From Paraglomus brasilianum (Eukaryota), in the NCBI GenBank assembly GCA_910592345.1, contig CAJVPI010000006.1, positions 1 to 64,000 on the forward strand: a stretch of DNA of 64,000 nucleotides, written 5' to 3'. The first letter of the stretch is position 1. Each line of letters begins with the position of its first letter. A program made the position numbers and the translations under genes. The notes under the pieces are model-generated. The model was not told where the DNA came from, did no database searches, and worked only from the letters and a program-made list of their open reading frames with translations. Below, piece by piece: positions 52,053 to 64,000 of the stretch.

Positions 52053-52146
52053 GAAATGGTTACCGTTTTTCTCTGATCACATGCTGCGTTTACGCCACTC
52101 CAAATAATGATAACAAAGCCGCAAGGTCCCATTCCCTAAAACGACC

Positions 52147-53617
52147 ATGTCTTCAAACAACATTCCTCCAAGTTTCGTTGAATGTCCTTACGAAATATTG
52201 ATAAATATCCTAAAAAGGGTTGATTCAAAGGATATTATTGCTCTTGGATTGGTATGTTACTTGTAGCGTCTGGGCATTCGTTATGAAAGTCTTGAATTTC
52301 ACAGTATACCATTTGAAAACTAGACGTGTCGGCGTTTGAACAGAATTGCCAACGACTCTTATCTCTGGCATATGCTTTGTTGCTGTCGTTACGATGACTA
52401 TGTAATGAAAAAAAACCCAAAATTGAAAGATCATAATAGCGAAATAGACTGGAAAAAAATGTATTTCGAACTTGGTAAGCAGTAGTTATCAACGTTGAAC
52501 AACTGACAACGAGAGGCATACAACTTAACCTTCCTTTATCTTGTATTAGGTACATTAATTAAGTATGCCGCTCCTACAGCACGAATAATTTGGCTAGACG
52601 ACCCAGATGAATATGGTGTTCGTCCCCCTCCTAGTCATCAGTATTGGTCTGTCTTCCCTGACCCTAGGAGGTATGTCATCTTCCAATCATTTTGATCTCA
52701 ATGTTACGTTCGCGCTATTATCGAGACTAATTGTTTCCGAACATAAAAGCCATATTAAAAGTGTTATAGCTCTGGATCACGTGTGGTGGCTAGATGTAAG
52801 TTATTCTGGTAATTTGTTACTAATTAAGTCTCTATGCTCAATTTAACGGCTCGTTTATAATCATAAACGTAGGTAAAAGTTACCTTCGACTCTGTCCCTT
52901 ACGGTACATACGACATTATATGGAGAATCATTGCAGGGCGTGGAAGTAATTTAGATCGCGCTTGTTTTGAGACAAAAGTTGTCGACCCAGTAAGCATATT
53001 CAACGTTGTTCCGTCACTGGTTTAGGGCTTTTAATGACTTCCTACTTTATTTTCGCAGTCTGATGACGACATGGAAGAAATGGTGGTAGAGCCAATTGTA
53101 GAATTTTGGCCTACCAAAGAGGATATTCAACCTATTATAGATAAGAAAGACTGGACTGAATATCGAGTACCTAAGCCAATAGTTGTGAGTGACGCTCATG
53201 ACTCCCCATCGAAGATTAGAGGTTCTTCTTATACCTACCGAACTGTACATGCTAAATTGTACTCACACGACTCGACGATGCATAGCGGACTGGTAAGCCA
53301 TTACTGATCAATGTAAATGTATTATCGAAAAGATCTTGTGAATTCATTTTTGTTACTTTCTGGTAGCATATCGATTACGTGCGACTGGAGCCTCACAAAG
53401 AAGACAAGCAATAATTGCTGCAAGATCGGTTAGTATGTGTATATGTATTGAATCACAGGCTTGCCTGATATCAAAGTAGACATGAACTAACCTTAATTTA
53501 CAAATAATAGACATCCGTCTGACGAGAGTTTTAGATTTATATATTCCAAAGTATTTTCGTAATAGTACGCGTTGTGAATGCAGTGGTATATCTCTGTTTG
53601 TCGACTTGCAATTCTGA
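52147..53617 (+). CDS. F-box protein with a PP2/Nictaba-like lectin domain (8 short exons)
   Basis: Hand-spliced using GT-AG introns. F-box: FVECPYEILINILKRVDSKDIIALGL|TCRRLNRIANDSYLW..IDWKKMY. Then IIWLDDP..QYW..DPRS..VIALDHVWWLD|V..VPYGTYDIIWR..DWTEY..GL|HIDYVRLEP. The last exon is uncertain (an unspliced stop lies near 53432). Confidence 0.8.
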
Positions 53618-54363
53618 AATTTGCACTTGTCTGGACTTGCATCACGTATGCCACTTATGATTGAGATTATTTTAAAAGTTCAACTTAAATCTATACTGTA
53701 AAGTAACAAATGTTTTCTGGGTGTAAATTAAAAGAGTTGATACGCAATTTACCAATTCTTTCGCAAACTTCAACTGCTTGTTATAATGTTTTGGGAAGTT
53801 GATTATCTCTTCATTAACAACATGTGCACAAGTGCGCGACTCGGGATTGTTTCGAGACAAGTTTAGTGTAAACTCAAAAGACATAGTTCATTATAAAGAC
53901 GTTCTGAAGTACTCAACAAAAAAGGATAACAGCAAGATTTGTCAAGAAAGTCATATTGTCACAAGATTTTTGTCTTCCCTTCTGAAAGTCCAAGGATGCT
54001 GATTAATGTAATTAATAAATGAAATGCTTTCTGTGAGGTTCGCACAACCGATAAGTAGAACAGTTTCATGAGAATGTAGTGCTAAACCTAATACTGATAC
54101 TAATATATCAGGATAAAAACGATCAAGCAACCTCAGACTTGGATCTAAGCTAGCATCTTAATTAGCGTCCAATTGATAAGATTGTTTCGTGAATTTGTAA
54201 ATTGTATTCTGATGATTCTAGTGCTAACTTTACGTAAATCCCCTCTAAGTTTAGCAAACAAACATACTGTACACATGATTGTAAGACTCACGTGAGGAGT
54301 ACATACAAAATACCCGTCGATGAAATTTATTATCGACAGTGGGTGGTTCGCAGTGCAAGGAAT

Positions 54364-57300
54364 ATGACTACATCAAAATTACACACAACGACTTCTGTTT
54401 CGGAGGGAAAGCGGTTACAAGCTTCTGCTTCTTATAACAACGTAGATGGCATACTTCATTTAGTGAACAAAAAACTAATATTTACAGCTAAAGGATCCAA
54501 GAATCCTATGATAAGTGTCCCTTTGAGTGATTTAAAACGTAAGTTTAGTGCATCCAGCAGAAGACTGTGGTAGAAACTCAATGTAACCTTATGTCAGAAT
54601 TAACTCTTATTCAACTCCAGTTAGTTCTGATCTTTTTTACAAATAATATACAACACCTATCTTTCGCATTCGATTTGGGGTCTCTTTAATTAACTATTTA
54701 AATTTGTATCATTCTTATCCAACAGAATTCTTCGTGAGCAAGCCAGACAAGCCAGATCCAAAACTAAAAATAAAACTGTTCTCTGATGTCGAGCATATGT
54801 TCGTCTTGACCACATCAAACGCAAAGGAATCTTTGGGCAAATTTAAAATCGAGCTTCAAACGCTCATTTCAAAACAACGTTCAGGACATGCATCAAATGC
54901 ATCATCGCGTGTGACTTCAGCTGCACCATCTCCCAAACCAAGAAATGGTAATGCGCCATCTCCATCATCTGGTGCGTCATCACCAGCACTGAGAAAGACG
55001 GCACCGACTGCAGAAGAAATTGCATTGAGGGTAGAACTGCTGTCAAGAAATGCGGAGCTTGCCAAATTACATCAGGAGCTGGTCGTTGGACGATTTATTA
55101 CAGAAGAGGATTTTTGGGAAACTAGAAAAGTAATAATTTAAATTTTGAAGTTGATTACTCTCTTTGGGATGTAACAGATTGGAGTATGGATCATACAATT
55201 GAAATTATTATTAATGTCTACTTGTCGTAATTTTAGCACCTATTACGAGACGAAGCAGCGAAAACCGAACAGAAGAAGGGTCGTTCATCAACTGTTCCTG
55301 ATCTGAAACCTGTAACAGAGGAAGGCGGAGATGTAAAAATAAAAATAACACCGCAGATAATTCATGATATTTTTGAACATTATCCATCTGTCAAGAAAGC
55401 ATACACAGAAAACGTTCCACATAATGTAAGTTATTTCTTTCCCTACGTCTAACTCTCCCACCCTTCATCTGCTGATGGTGAAATTATCGATTTTAGTTAA
55501 AGGAAGAAGAATTCTGGAAACGCTACTTTCAGTCCAAATTCTTTCACAGGAATCGCTCCAATGCAGATAGAATGAAGAACCAGCAGAAGGATGACATATT
55601 TGATAAATGCTTTGCTGAAGATGAAGATGAATTAGTTCATGGTCCGAAGAAGATAAGGCTCGATCGTTTGAACCGATTGATTGATTTGTCCATGACTGCT
55701 GAGGATCATTTGGAGGTAATGAAGGAAAATCGACGTGCGATGTTATACATTACGTATAAGTATAATTATTGAGTATGCTTGTGTCACGATAGAATGGAAA
55801 CGAACCGGATATAACAATGCAACCGGGTACAGGAAAATCACTGACACTTCTTCGAAAATTTAATCGACACGCTGAACGGGTGTTAAAATCCTCATTGAGG
55901 TTTGATCCGCGCAAAAAACGTCTTTTTATTAACTCGCTACACATATTACCTACAAATTTAATTTCGTTGGGATTCATTGTACAGTGAAAAGCCGATGAAA
56001 CCCAAGGATTCACCTTCTGATTATACACAGGTTCGAACTCGTCTCATCCTCCTTAGCATATTTTACTGCAAGGCAGCTGAATAAGAAATTTGGAAAAAAT
56101 TTTGCTATATATATTATACGTACTCCCTACACGCACACATACATATATACATATATCACATATCACATATCAACACACGCCATATATAATATATATATAC
56201 ATATATATATACGTCAGATCATCCAACGTTGCTTATATCTGCGTGCCTCTGTATTAGAAAAAAGGGTACAAGGATGAAATTATAATAGAGGATCTTGATG
56301 CGGACGAAGTCCAGCCGAGAATTTTGTTAAATATTAATGATTCAAGAAGGTATTTTGAAAGTCAGACAGGAACTTCTCTGAATGACATTGGACAGAATGA
56401 ACAGGTAATGCGTTTGGACTGTTCACAAGAAAGGATGTGGCGTAGAAAAAACATGTCATGTCGAGAAGAAAGACGGAATAGTTGGACGTCACTTATGCAA
56501 ACTAAACTTTTCCTTATCTCTTGTACAGTTTCCTACATCTGCTCTTACAAATATGAAAGCTCTTTTTGCAGATTGGCATCCCGATTTACGGAAGGTGATC
56601 TATGAAAATGATACATAATAGTTAATATACTCGACTTCACCTTAAACCCTTATCTTTATCAATTGTTCATAACAAAAGCCAATAAGAAGACCAGTATCAT
56701 CCCAAGTCACGCAAATGCTCAACAAATCCATCAAGGATAGAAATAACTTAAACGCACGGCAGCGAAGTTTGGGTAGTTATCAGTGTCGCGGTTGCAACAT
56801 TTCTTCATTTCCGTACCCATCGGTCTCACCTTGTATTCTTTACAGAAATGAAAATTCCTCCAGCACTCGAGCAGCAGGTTATGAACATTCATTCAGCTAG
56901 TAAGGAATTTCTTCGACATTTCTGGTCAACAGTAAACTCCACAGCCCCCGAACGAATAGAAAAGAATAAAAGAATGGTCGAACAAATAAGGAAAACGCTA
57001 GAGCGTATAGACGAAGTTGCGGAGACGGCAGGTGAAGATGGCAAGGTTGTACGGCTGGTAAGTGAGGCAATAAAGGTTTGATAGGATATTTGAGTGATGG
57101 TGAGAAGGAGAATGTATAATGATGGTAAAATCTTGACGGGGAGTAGTGGTGGAAATTATGACTTAAACACTTGGATTACACAAGAAAGCTTCAAAAAGCT
57201 GCTCAAACCCGAGTTCAGGATTAGCTCATGAATATGTGTTTTGTCTAAACTTTTTAATACGTAACTGCAGGCTGAAAGACGATAGATTTGCTACCGAACT

Positions 57301-57422
57301 TTAGTATTGATAAGAACTATCGCATTTTCTAGATGTTCAAACACATGGAAGCTGCATTACGGAATGCTCTCGTAGTACGCCAGGCCGCAAGTATTAATGG
57401 AAAACGGAAACGGGCACAATAA
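54364..57422 (+). CDS. TFB1: TFIIH subunit Tfb1/p62
   Basis: N-terminal PH-like domain. BSD motifs LLSRNAELAKLHQELV..ITEEDFWETRK and IIHDIFEHYPSVKKAYTENVP..EEEFWKRYFQSKFFHR. Also DLSMTAEDH, RKFNRHAERVL, EFLRHFW. Confidence 0.9.
56105..56212. repeat. Intronic (TA)n/(CA)n microsatellite tract in TFB1
   Basis: Read directly. Confidence 0.85.
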
Positions 57423-57711
57423 TTGCTGTTATTAAATAGAACACTTTGCGTAGAAAGACTCAAATGGCAGTTGGGATGGAATGTAGAATAATTGATTACG
57501 ACGTAATTGTAATAACAATAAACTAGATTTTTGAAACTCATGCTAGAAATGAAACACTTTTCCCCAACACTTTTATGGCCGTACAGCATATCCAGCTCCA
57601 GTTTAACTCTATACAGCATTAAATATATCATTTATTTGCAGCTCAATGCATCAGTTCCCCGACCTTTTTTTACATCTTTATAATAATTTATCATCTCCAG
57701 AAGCAACCATG

Positions 57712-59909
57712 TTACGAAGTGAGACTGCCGAACACACGATTATGCCGACAGATACTTGGCCCATATTCTTCATACTCTGCTTTGGTGTGGCAGTATGAGT
57801 AAAACTGGGGCTTTTCGATTATAATATAGTAAAATGAAAAACCACAGATCACATGGAAGAAATGTAGAATAAATTTCAGTAATTATTCGTCAATCTGACC
57901 ACCTTAATAATTCCATTCTCAAGATTCATTTACTTACCGTTGATCCCAGCAACGATCCTCCAAACCACACTGCATACCGCTGTTTCTTGTGTGAAATGAC
58001 GTTTACATCAATTGGGGTGGACTTGATTCGGAAATTGGATTATATTATATTAGTAACAGATGCAAGTCAAGAGGCATATGTTCAATATTGAAATACTCCA
58101 TCTATTGTGTTCATACTGCTTACCTTCAACAACCCACCACTAAGCTCTTCACTTCTCTTTATTCTCGCGTCAACAACCCTCTTGATATCTCTCTGAAGCC
58201 TTTTACCAAAATCTTTGAACATTGTTGATCCGCCAGAAAGTACGATATTCTAATCAAACCGGTATAGAAAGTTGCTAATTGTGGTTAGATAGAGTATATT
58301 ATGCGAATGCTCCACTACCCTTATATTCTCATCTAGACACTAACACACCTTGTACAAACCACGTCGAGTGTCGATTGGACAAGATTGAATGACGTTATCA
58401 ATTACGTCAGGTATAGGCGTTAGAAAATCAGATGAAGCAATTTCTGGATTAAAGAAAATTTCCGGTCCAAGGAAACGTTCAAAGCCGACATCTACTTCAT
58501 AAGGCTTCCGATAGAAAACAAAAGAATTAAGACATGGCTTGTAGAAAATAAATGCAGAAGTCTTAAAGTGTTTGGCGATCTTAAAACCTGTCACTCTAAT
58601 CTTTCTTTCACTCTATCCTCACCTTTCCGGTAACACTATGCACGCCCTGATATTTTGTAAAATATTTGTCTGGCTCCTGGTCATATTTCTTAAATTCCTT
58701 AACAATATCGGGACACACGTATGAATACTGTTCTTTAATTTTCTCAGCAACTTTGAGTGAATCCTCAGGAGGGATGGACGTTTCATTGTGATCGCGGAGG
58801 AGTTGCTGGACAAAGTATGTAAGGTCACGTCCGGCAATTGGAATGTGCTTTAATGACGATCCGATCACGTAACCTTCTGCCTGTTAGCAATTGACCAGCA
58901 TTGACGATCATTTAGTATTCATTGCAATTAGAAATAGCCCGAAGAAATACTTGATCAATAAAACCTCACCACTGGTATAACATGCGTAACACCATCTCCG
59001 CTATCAATGACAGTCCCCGTCAACACGTAGTCGCTTGTCTTGTTCGACGACCAACTAGCAGCCAAGGCTAAGACGGCCTGAACAGCAATATATAAACCTT
59101 GGATGTTGAATGACTCGAACATAATTTCAGCCGTTTGTTCGCGATTTTCTGGTGCATTTAGTGGAGGTTCTGTCTTGATGTGGACAGGAGCACAAAGTTT
59201 TCGGGTCAATCAGTATAGTAAATGTTTAGTGAGCGATTGAATAACACCCAGATCCAGCCATAAATATTAATATGTTATGTCCTCTCATCTTTTCATCCTC
59301 TATGCATATTTCCAATGTTATCCCAGCTTATCCTGTACTACTTATCCTGTTCACCTACCAACAAGAAATAATGATCTTCCGGCTCACATCTTAGATACTT
59401 AAAGATGCTCTGCTCCCAAAACCTCTCCATATGATCCCAATTTTCAATCTGTCCATGTCTTATTGGATAATGCAATCCATACGTCTTACTGTTGGCTATA
59501 GCCTCGTCGCCAATATGGAAATCAAGATCTTCGATACCCCGTTTGGAAGCAATATTTGAGGAAAGGTGAGAGGGTTTGGATGGAATAGAAGGTCCAGTGG
59601 CGTGGCCGGAGGGAGAATCGCGAGTGGCGACTACAGTCGGGAAGACAAAGGACGGGGCATTGTTGCCAGCAAAGCCGAGTTTAGTATAACTAAGAATGTA
59701 AAAGGCGTAAGTGAACAAATTGTACAAGGACGATATGTTATAAGCGATGCAACAGTTTCCCAAGTTTTATGGATAGACAATCAACAGGATACTATCTCGT
59801 ATAACAATCTAACTGCTAACGAACTTCGACATATGGATCCCCCCTCTCTTATTAGCTGTACTCACCCCGTCCCATTGTCCATAATCACAGGCGGTAGCTT
59901 CAGCGACAT
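57712..59909 (-). CDS. ARP3: Actin-related protein 3 (Arp2/3 complex)
   Basis: [107 protein letters not shown]. Confidence 0.97.
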
Positions 59910-60058
59910 TTTGCAAAACCGTAGCTACAAGTTCCAAGTAAAAACCGTAACTATATATACTAGTTCCAAGTCACGCTTGGCTTCACGTTAATTTTTCTAT
60001 TGCTTAGAATGTTTGTCACGATAATCACGTGATTGTTGGAGTATCACGAGCATAATCG

Positions 60059-60202
60059 GGAATTTACCTGCCATGTCGCACAACCTGCCAGGTCGTGCAA
60101 GCTCAATTCATTGGACACTCAGATGGCTTCTCCTCCATAAATAAATAGAAATATTATGGACTGTACGACGTGTCTGGTTGTGCGACCTGGCAGGTAAATT
60201 CC
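60059..60202. mobile_element. MITE with 27-bp TIRs in the ARP3 upstream region
   Basis: GGAATTTACCTGCCATGTCGCACAACC versus GGTTGTGCGACCTGGCAGGTAAATTCC (1 mismatch). Internal repeat ACCTGCCAGGTCG. TSD unclear. Confidence 0.85.
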
Positions 60203-60223
60203 TCTGATAATATCACGAGCTAC

Positions 60224-60285
60224 TAGCTTTAGCAGTTTATCTGTAGTTAGGCAATAAAGTTCTAAATTATAAAAAAAAAAAAAAA
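60224..60285 (+). mobile_element. 62-bp poly(A)-tailed retro-insertion with 17-bp TSD
   Basis: ATAATATCACGAGCTAC at 60207-60223 and 60286-60302 flanks a stretch with AATAAA (60253) and an A15 tail. Confidence 0.85.
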
Positions 60286-60680
60286 ATAATATCACGAGCT
60301 ACAACTGAGATACTGTATATTGTAATCCAGCGGGTACGACCTTAGAAGTTGTTTTAAGTGATCACACGCCCTTTCCATAAAAAGGAGATGCGACAAATAT
60401 TATAATTATTCGATTTTAATCTAAGACAAGTTATCAGTCATTAGAACAACTGGTTTGCTATTCGAACTAAATTGCATTCTTCAGTGAAATTAAACTCATA
60501 TTGTGAGACTGATGTCTATTGAAACAGATTGTTTATGGTAAAAAAGAAAAAAAATATAGAATTAAATACATTATTAGTCGACACAAATACTATACAGCTC
60601 GAATATTAATACTGTTAATACAATGTACACTGGTGCGAACATAAATAATGTCACACTGTAATCTATCGCTAATGACCATC

Positions 60681-63600
60681 CTACAACCAATTATCCTCAT
60701 CACTAGCAGAATTCAATCCATCACTATTGTCACTCAGTTCGTCATCACTCTCCATATATTCACTCTCCTGTAAGATAAAGAACGGCTTACTTCTATGATT
60801 CACTTTCCTCCATAGCACTACATCTTTCACCATCATCATTCTCTCCTTCCATGTCCATTTCACCCGTCCAAGGACAACATTTCCTCCCTTTTGGTACGCG
60901 GATAGATCTCCTGACTCACTCAGAGACTTGTTTTTACAATTGAATACCACATTGTTCAAGTACAAATATACTCTATTCAGTACGCCCGAGTGCAGAAATC
61001 CACTTTTGCCTCCATTTTGCCAGCATCCTCGTCGCTCGAGAAATTCTTCCAATTGCAGGCGAGTCATCGGGCGATAGCATATACTTGTTCGGTACGCAGG
61101 TGAAAAGTCCTGAGGCCTTCGAAGTAGCTGAACAATCTCGTTTGAATTCTTACGCCATAAGTCGTCCCAGAATAGAAACCACCACTGATGTACTCGAGAG
61201 AGATTAACTATCCGCATTTTTTCATATAAATATATTAATGTGGGAAATTCGCTCTCAGGTATAGACTGAACCTTCTCATTATTCTCCGTAGTCATCAATA
61301 ATGCGGGCATTGACTCTAGTGGTATATTTGGATTGTCATACACATTAACAAAAAATGCATATGTCAATGTTTCTTCTTTCCTCCGCCCTTCATCACGGTA
61401 ATATCCTCGATATTTCAACATTAAATCTTCGATTTGTGTAAGCCCTTTTTCGAGAATTTTAAGATTATCCGCGAAAAACTTTTCTAACTGAGCGGTCAAT
61501 TGGAAATCATCTGTGATTCCAATGACTTCATGTCCGACTGTGCACTCATGTGGTGTCTGGGGAATACCTTCGGAATCTCGCCATTCGGCATCATTATACG
61601 ATATAGTGACTATGAAGCCAGGATTCATGTTATAATTTTGCCAACGGGAGCGACGACAGCGGCGGATCTGAAGAACGCCGCTATGATAGTGAACCGGCTG
61701 GGAACTTGAAATCTGGAAAGCGGGAGCATGATTGATTAGAACAAGTAGAAGTAAGAAATTCTGATCATTGCAGATCCTCAGCATCGTTTGGACTTACCGC
61801 TCGAGTTTCATTACTTTCCAAGCTCTTCTCAAATTCCTTTTTGTCATTTGGACAGGGTCCCAGAACTAGCTTCCCTTCCAATGCGCGTATCATATATCTA
61901 ATCCTCCTCCTCCTTATAATCTCTGGATCTGAATTTTGCTTAACGTATCTTTCAATCTCCCATTCCCTTGTCAACGTGGCAATACTTTCATCTTCGTCAT
62001 ATACCAAGACAACTGAGAATGGAAATGGAATAACATAAGCCTTTCCAAAATACGTCTTCAAGGCAGGATTCATTATTTCCGGAGAGTAGTACATATCAGG
62101 TCCAACAAAATCATCAACAATACGTAGTCTCAGCTTTGCTAATGATCCAGGTAGAGGAGCAGTCGAGGCAGTGTATTGACGAATACCGATATGGCGGATA
62201 ATTTTGAGATTTTCAATGTGCCTCTCAGCTACCGTGTCGTTGAAATTTAACAAATATGGCGGACGGTAGTGACTGGTCGAAAATGCAACTACTGCAGTTT
62301 CATCCATCTTAAACTGCTCACTGGTTAGGAATAATGTTGTCCAAGTTTCTTGCCAGATTCTCCTCTTTATGTGTTTATCAAAATCTAATTTTGGAGAATA
62401 TATGTTGATAGAGAAGTCTAATCTTTTCTTCATTATTTTTACGATATGACGGAACTTGGTATTCTCTTGCAACACATAAAATATTACAACTACGGTAACG
62501 ACACAAGTGACCACCGTAATTAATATTCCTGATACTTGAGCTGATCCTATCGACAATACAAAAAATAGACCCAAGACACTTATGACCACATAACCTGCTC
62601 GTGACCAGTATTCACCAATGTTCTGGCTTTCATAAAGGAAAGGCTGATGACGCCAATGGTTTACCAGCAGAAGAACCATTAGCACAATCTGTAAAAGCTG
62701 TCGTATCGTTGCAAGCGTCGTTCCAGAGTAAGAGCGAAAAACGCAATTGTCTTTTGATATCAATACTATTATTAGAATATTAATCAATTTGTGTGCCATT
62801 ATGAAGGTCTTATAAGCACCCCATTTGCGACTATATCCTATGTTACGGGAAGAGTATTAGATGAGATTCTAAAACCGATGGGATGTAAACGTAGAGACTT
62901 AATCTGCTCACCGTTGTATAAGAAATTGTATGGACAATTGTCATGTTTCAACATCTTCTTATATTCCTCTTCTTTGTCGTGTCTAGCTTCTCCGAGTTCA
63001 TTAAAGTTATCGACCTTGGGCAGATTTTTGTCAACAAGCCTCTTTAGTGCAATCGGAAACCAGAAAGTCAAAACTAGCAAATTCGCGAGTGCTACTGGAA
63101 TGATAACATAAGCAAAGTTCAAATCTCGTTTTTTCATGCTAGTAACGTAACAAAAGTCCCACGGATCGCGATAGATATCGGAGGGGCCAAGAGGAGCAAG
63201 GTCAGGAGGATTTCCAATAGGCCAAAACGTCGCTGACCAAAAGAGTGCATCGAAAGATAGTTTTGAGAGCGGAAGATAGAGAGTTGTGATAACAAACACC
63301 ATTGCAATGCTAGCGCGACGGCTCGATTCTGGACGAAGACTCCATACCCTTGATTCATATCCCTAATAATTATACCACTGTTAAATATAAATCATTTGTA
63401 TTTGCATATAAACCAGACGGTAGTGTTACCTCAATAGTAGTATTTGGATCCCACTTGGTCATTTGCCGGAAATAATACAGTGCAAAAAGACAAATGCCAA
63501 AGAGCATCAGCAGGAATGCAAAGCCATTCCCAAATACATCTACCAAGTTCAAGCTCAGTAAATTAGGTATCGTGAATAGAATAGTATATAGCCAATTTCC

Positions 63601-64000
63601 AAAACTCCCTCCAATAGAAACCAAGGCCAACGCAAGGAACTGGAAGAGATCTCTTATTATCTCTACTTGCATAAATCTAATGCCATACGCCGAACCCTCA
63701 GCAGCAAGAATACCATCGACCGCCATTTCAACAATGTCATTTTGTCTTGCCTGCGCACCAACTTTGCTGGCTTTTGTAATGTTTTGCTTAAGATCTTCTA
63801 GGGCCACCCCATCGGGTAACAGATTCATCGGCGGGAACATATCACTGCAGTGTAATTTTGGTTGGTTTGAAAAGTAATGATATTCCTCATCAGTCATTAT
63901 TTCTTTCGGGTCAGAGAATTCTGTCTTTGGAAGTGCCTTTATAAATCCATCTAAACGAGGCAGATGTATCCATGGCGCTCCAGGTTTAAATAGCTCATTT
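60681..64000 (-). CDS. Large multi-pass membrane protein of unknown function (5' part outside window)
   Basis: ORFs 63370-63897, 62838-63302, 61765-62799 and 60681-61784 join through GT-AG introns (for example about 61797-61713). Several hydrophobic helices, then a long soluble C-terminal domain with an acidic tail. Confidence 0.85.

Noticed and set aside
61713..61800. Overlapping ORFs suggesting a programmed frameshift
   Set aside because: Explained by a canonical minus-strand intron (GTAAGT...CTAAT...TTCCAG).

Overview
Eukaryotic, AT-rich fungal DNA with many short spliceosomal introns. The gene and repeat content suggests Glomeromycotina (arbuscular mycorrhizal fungi) or a close Mucoromycota relative; this is inference. 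Supported genes: a TKL-like kinase, NPR3, an ACO2-type aconitase, two 14-exon cytochrome P450 paralogs flanking a secreted Cys-rich protein, a PRS1-type PRPP synthetase, NAR1, NOB1, a PPR protein, NOP58, an F-box + PP2/Nictaba-like lectin gene that the ORF track misses, TFB1, ARP3 and the 3' part of a large membrane protein gene. Intergenic DNA is full of mobile-element debris: a complete-ended Tc1, pogo, Sola-like and Helitron remnants, several MITEs and a poly(A) retro-insertion with target-site duplication. The most unusual stretch is 33.2-38.9 kb. It holds a virus-like relic (AEP/PrimPol-motif fragment, duplicated Cys/His small ORF, iteron-like repeats, tri-loop hairpins) inside a segment that appears inverted within a Sola-like transposase gene. 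No rRNA, tRNA or CRISPR array is supported. All family assignments come from motif recognition, not database searches.
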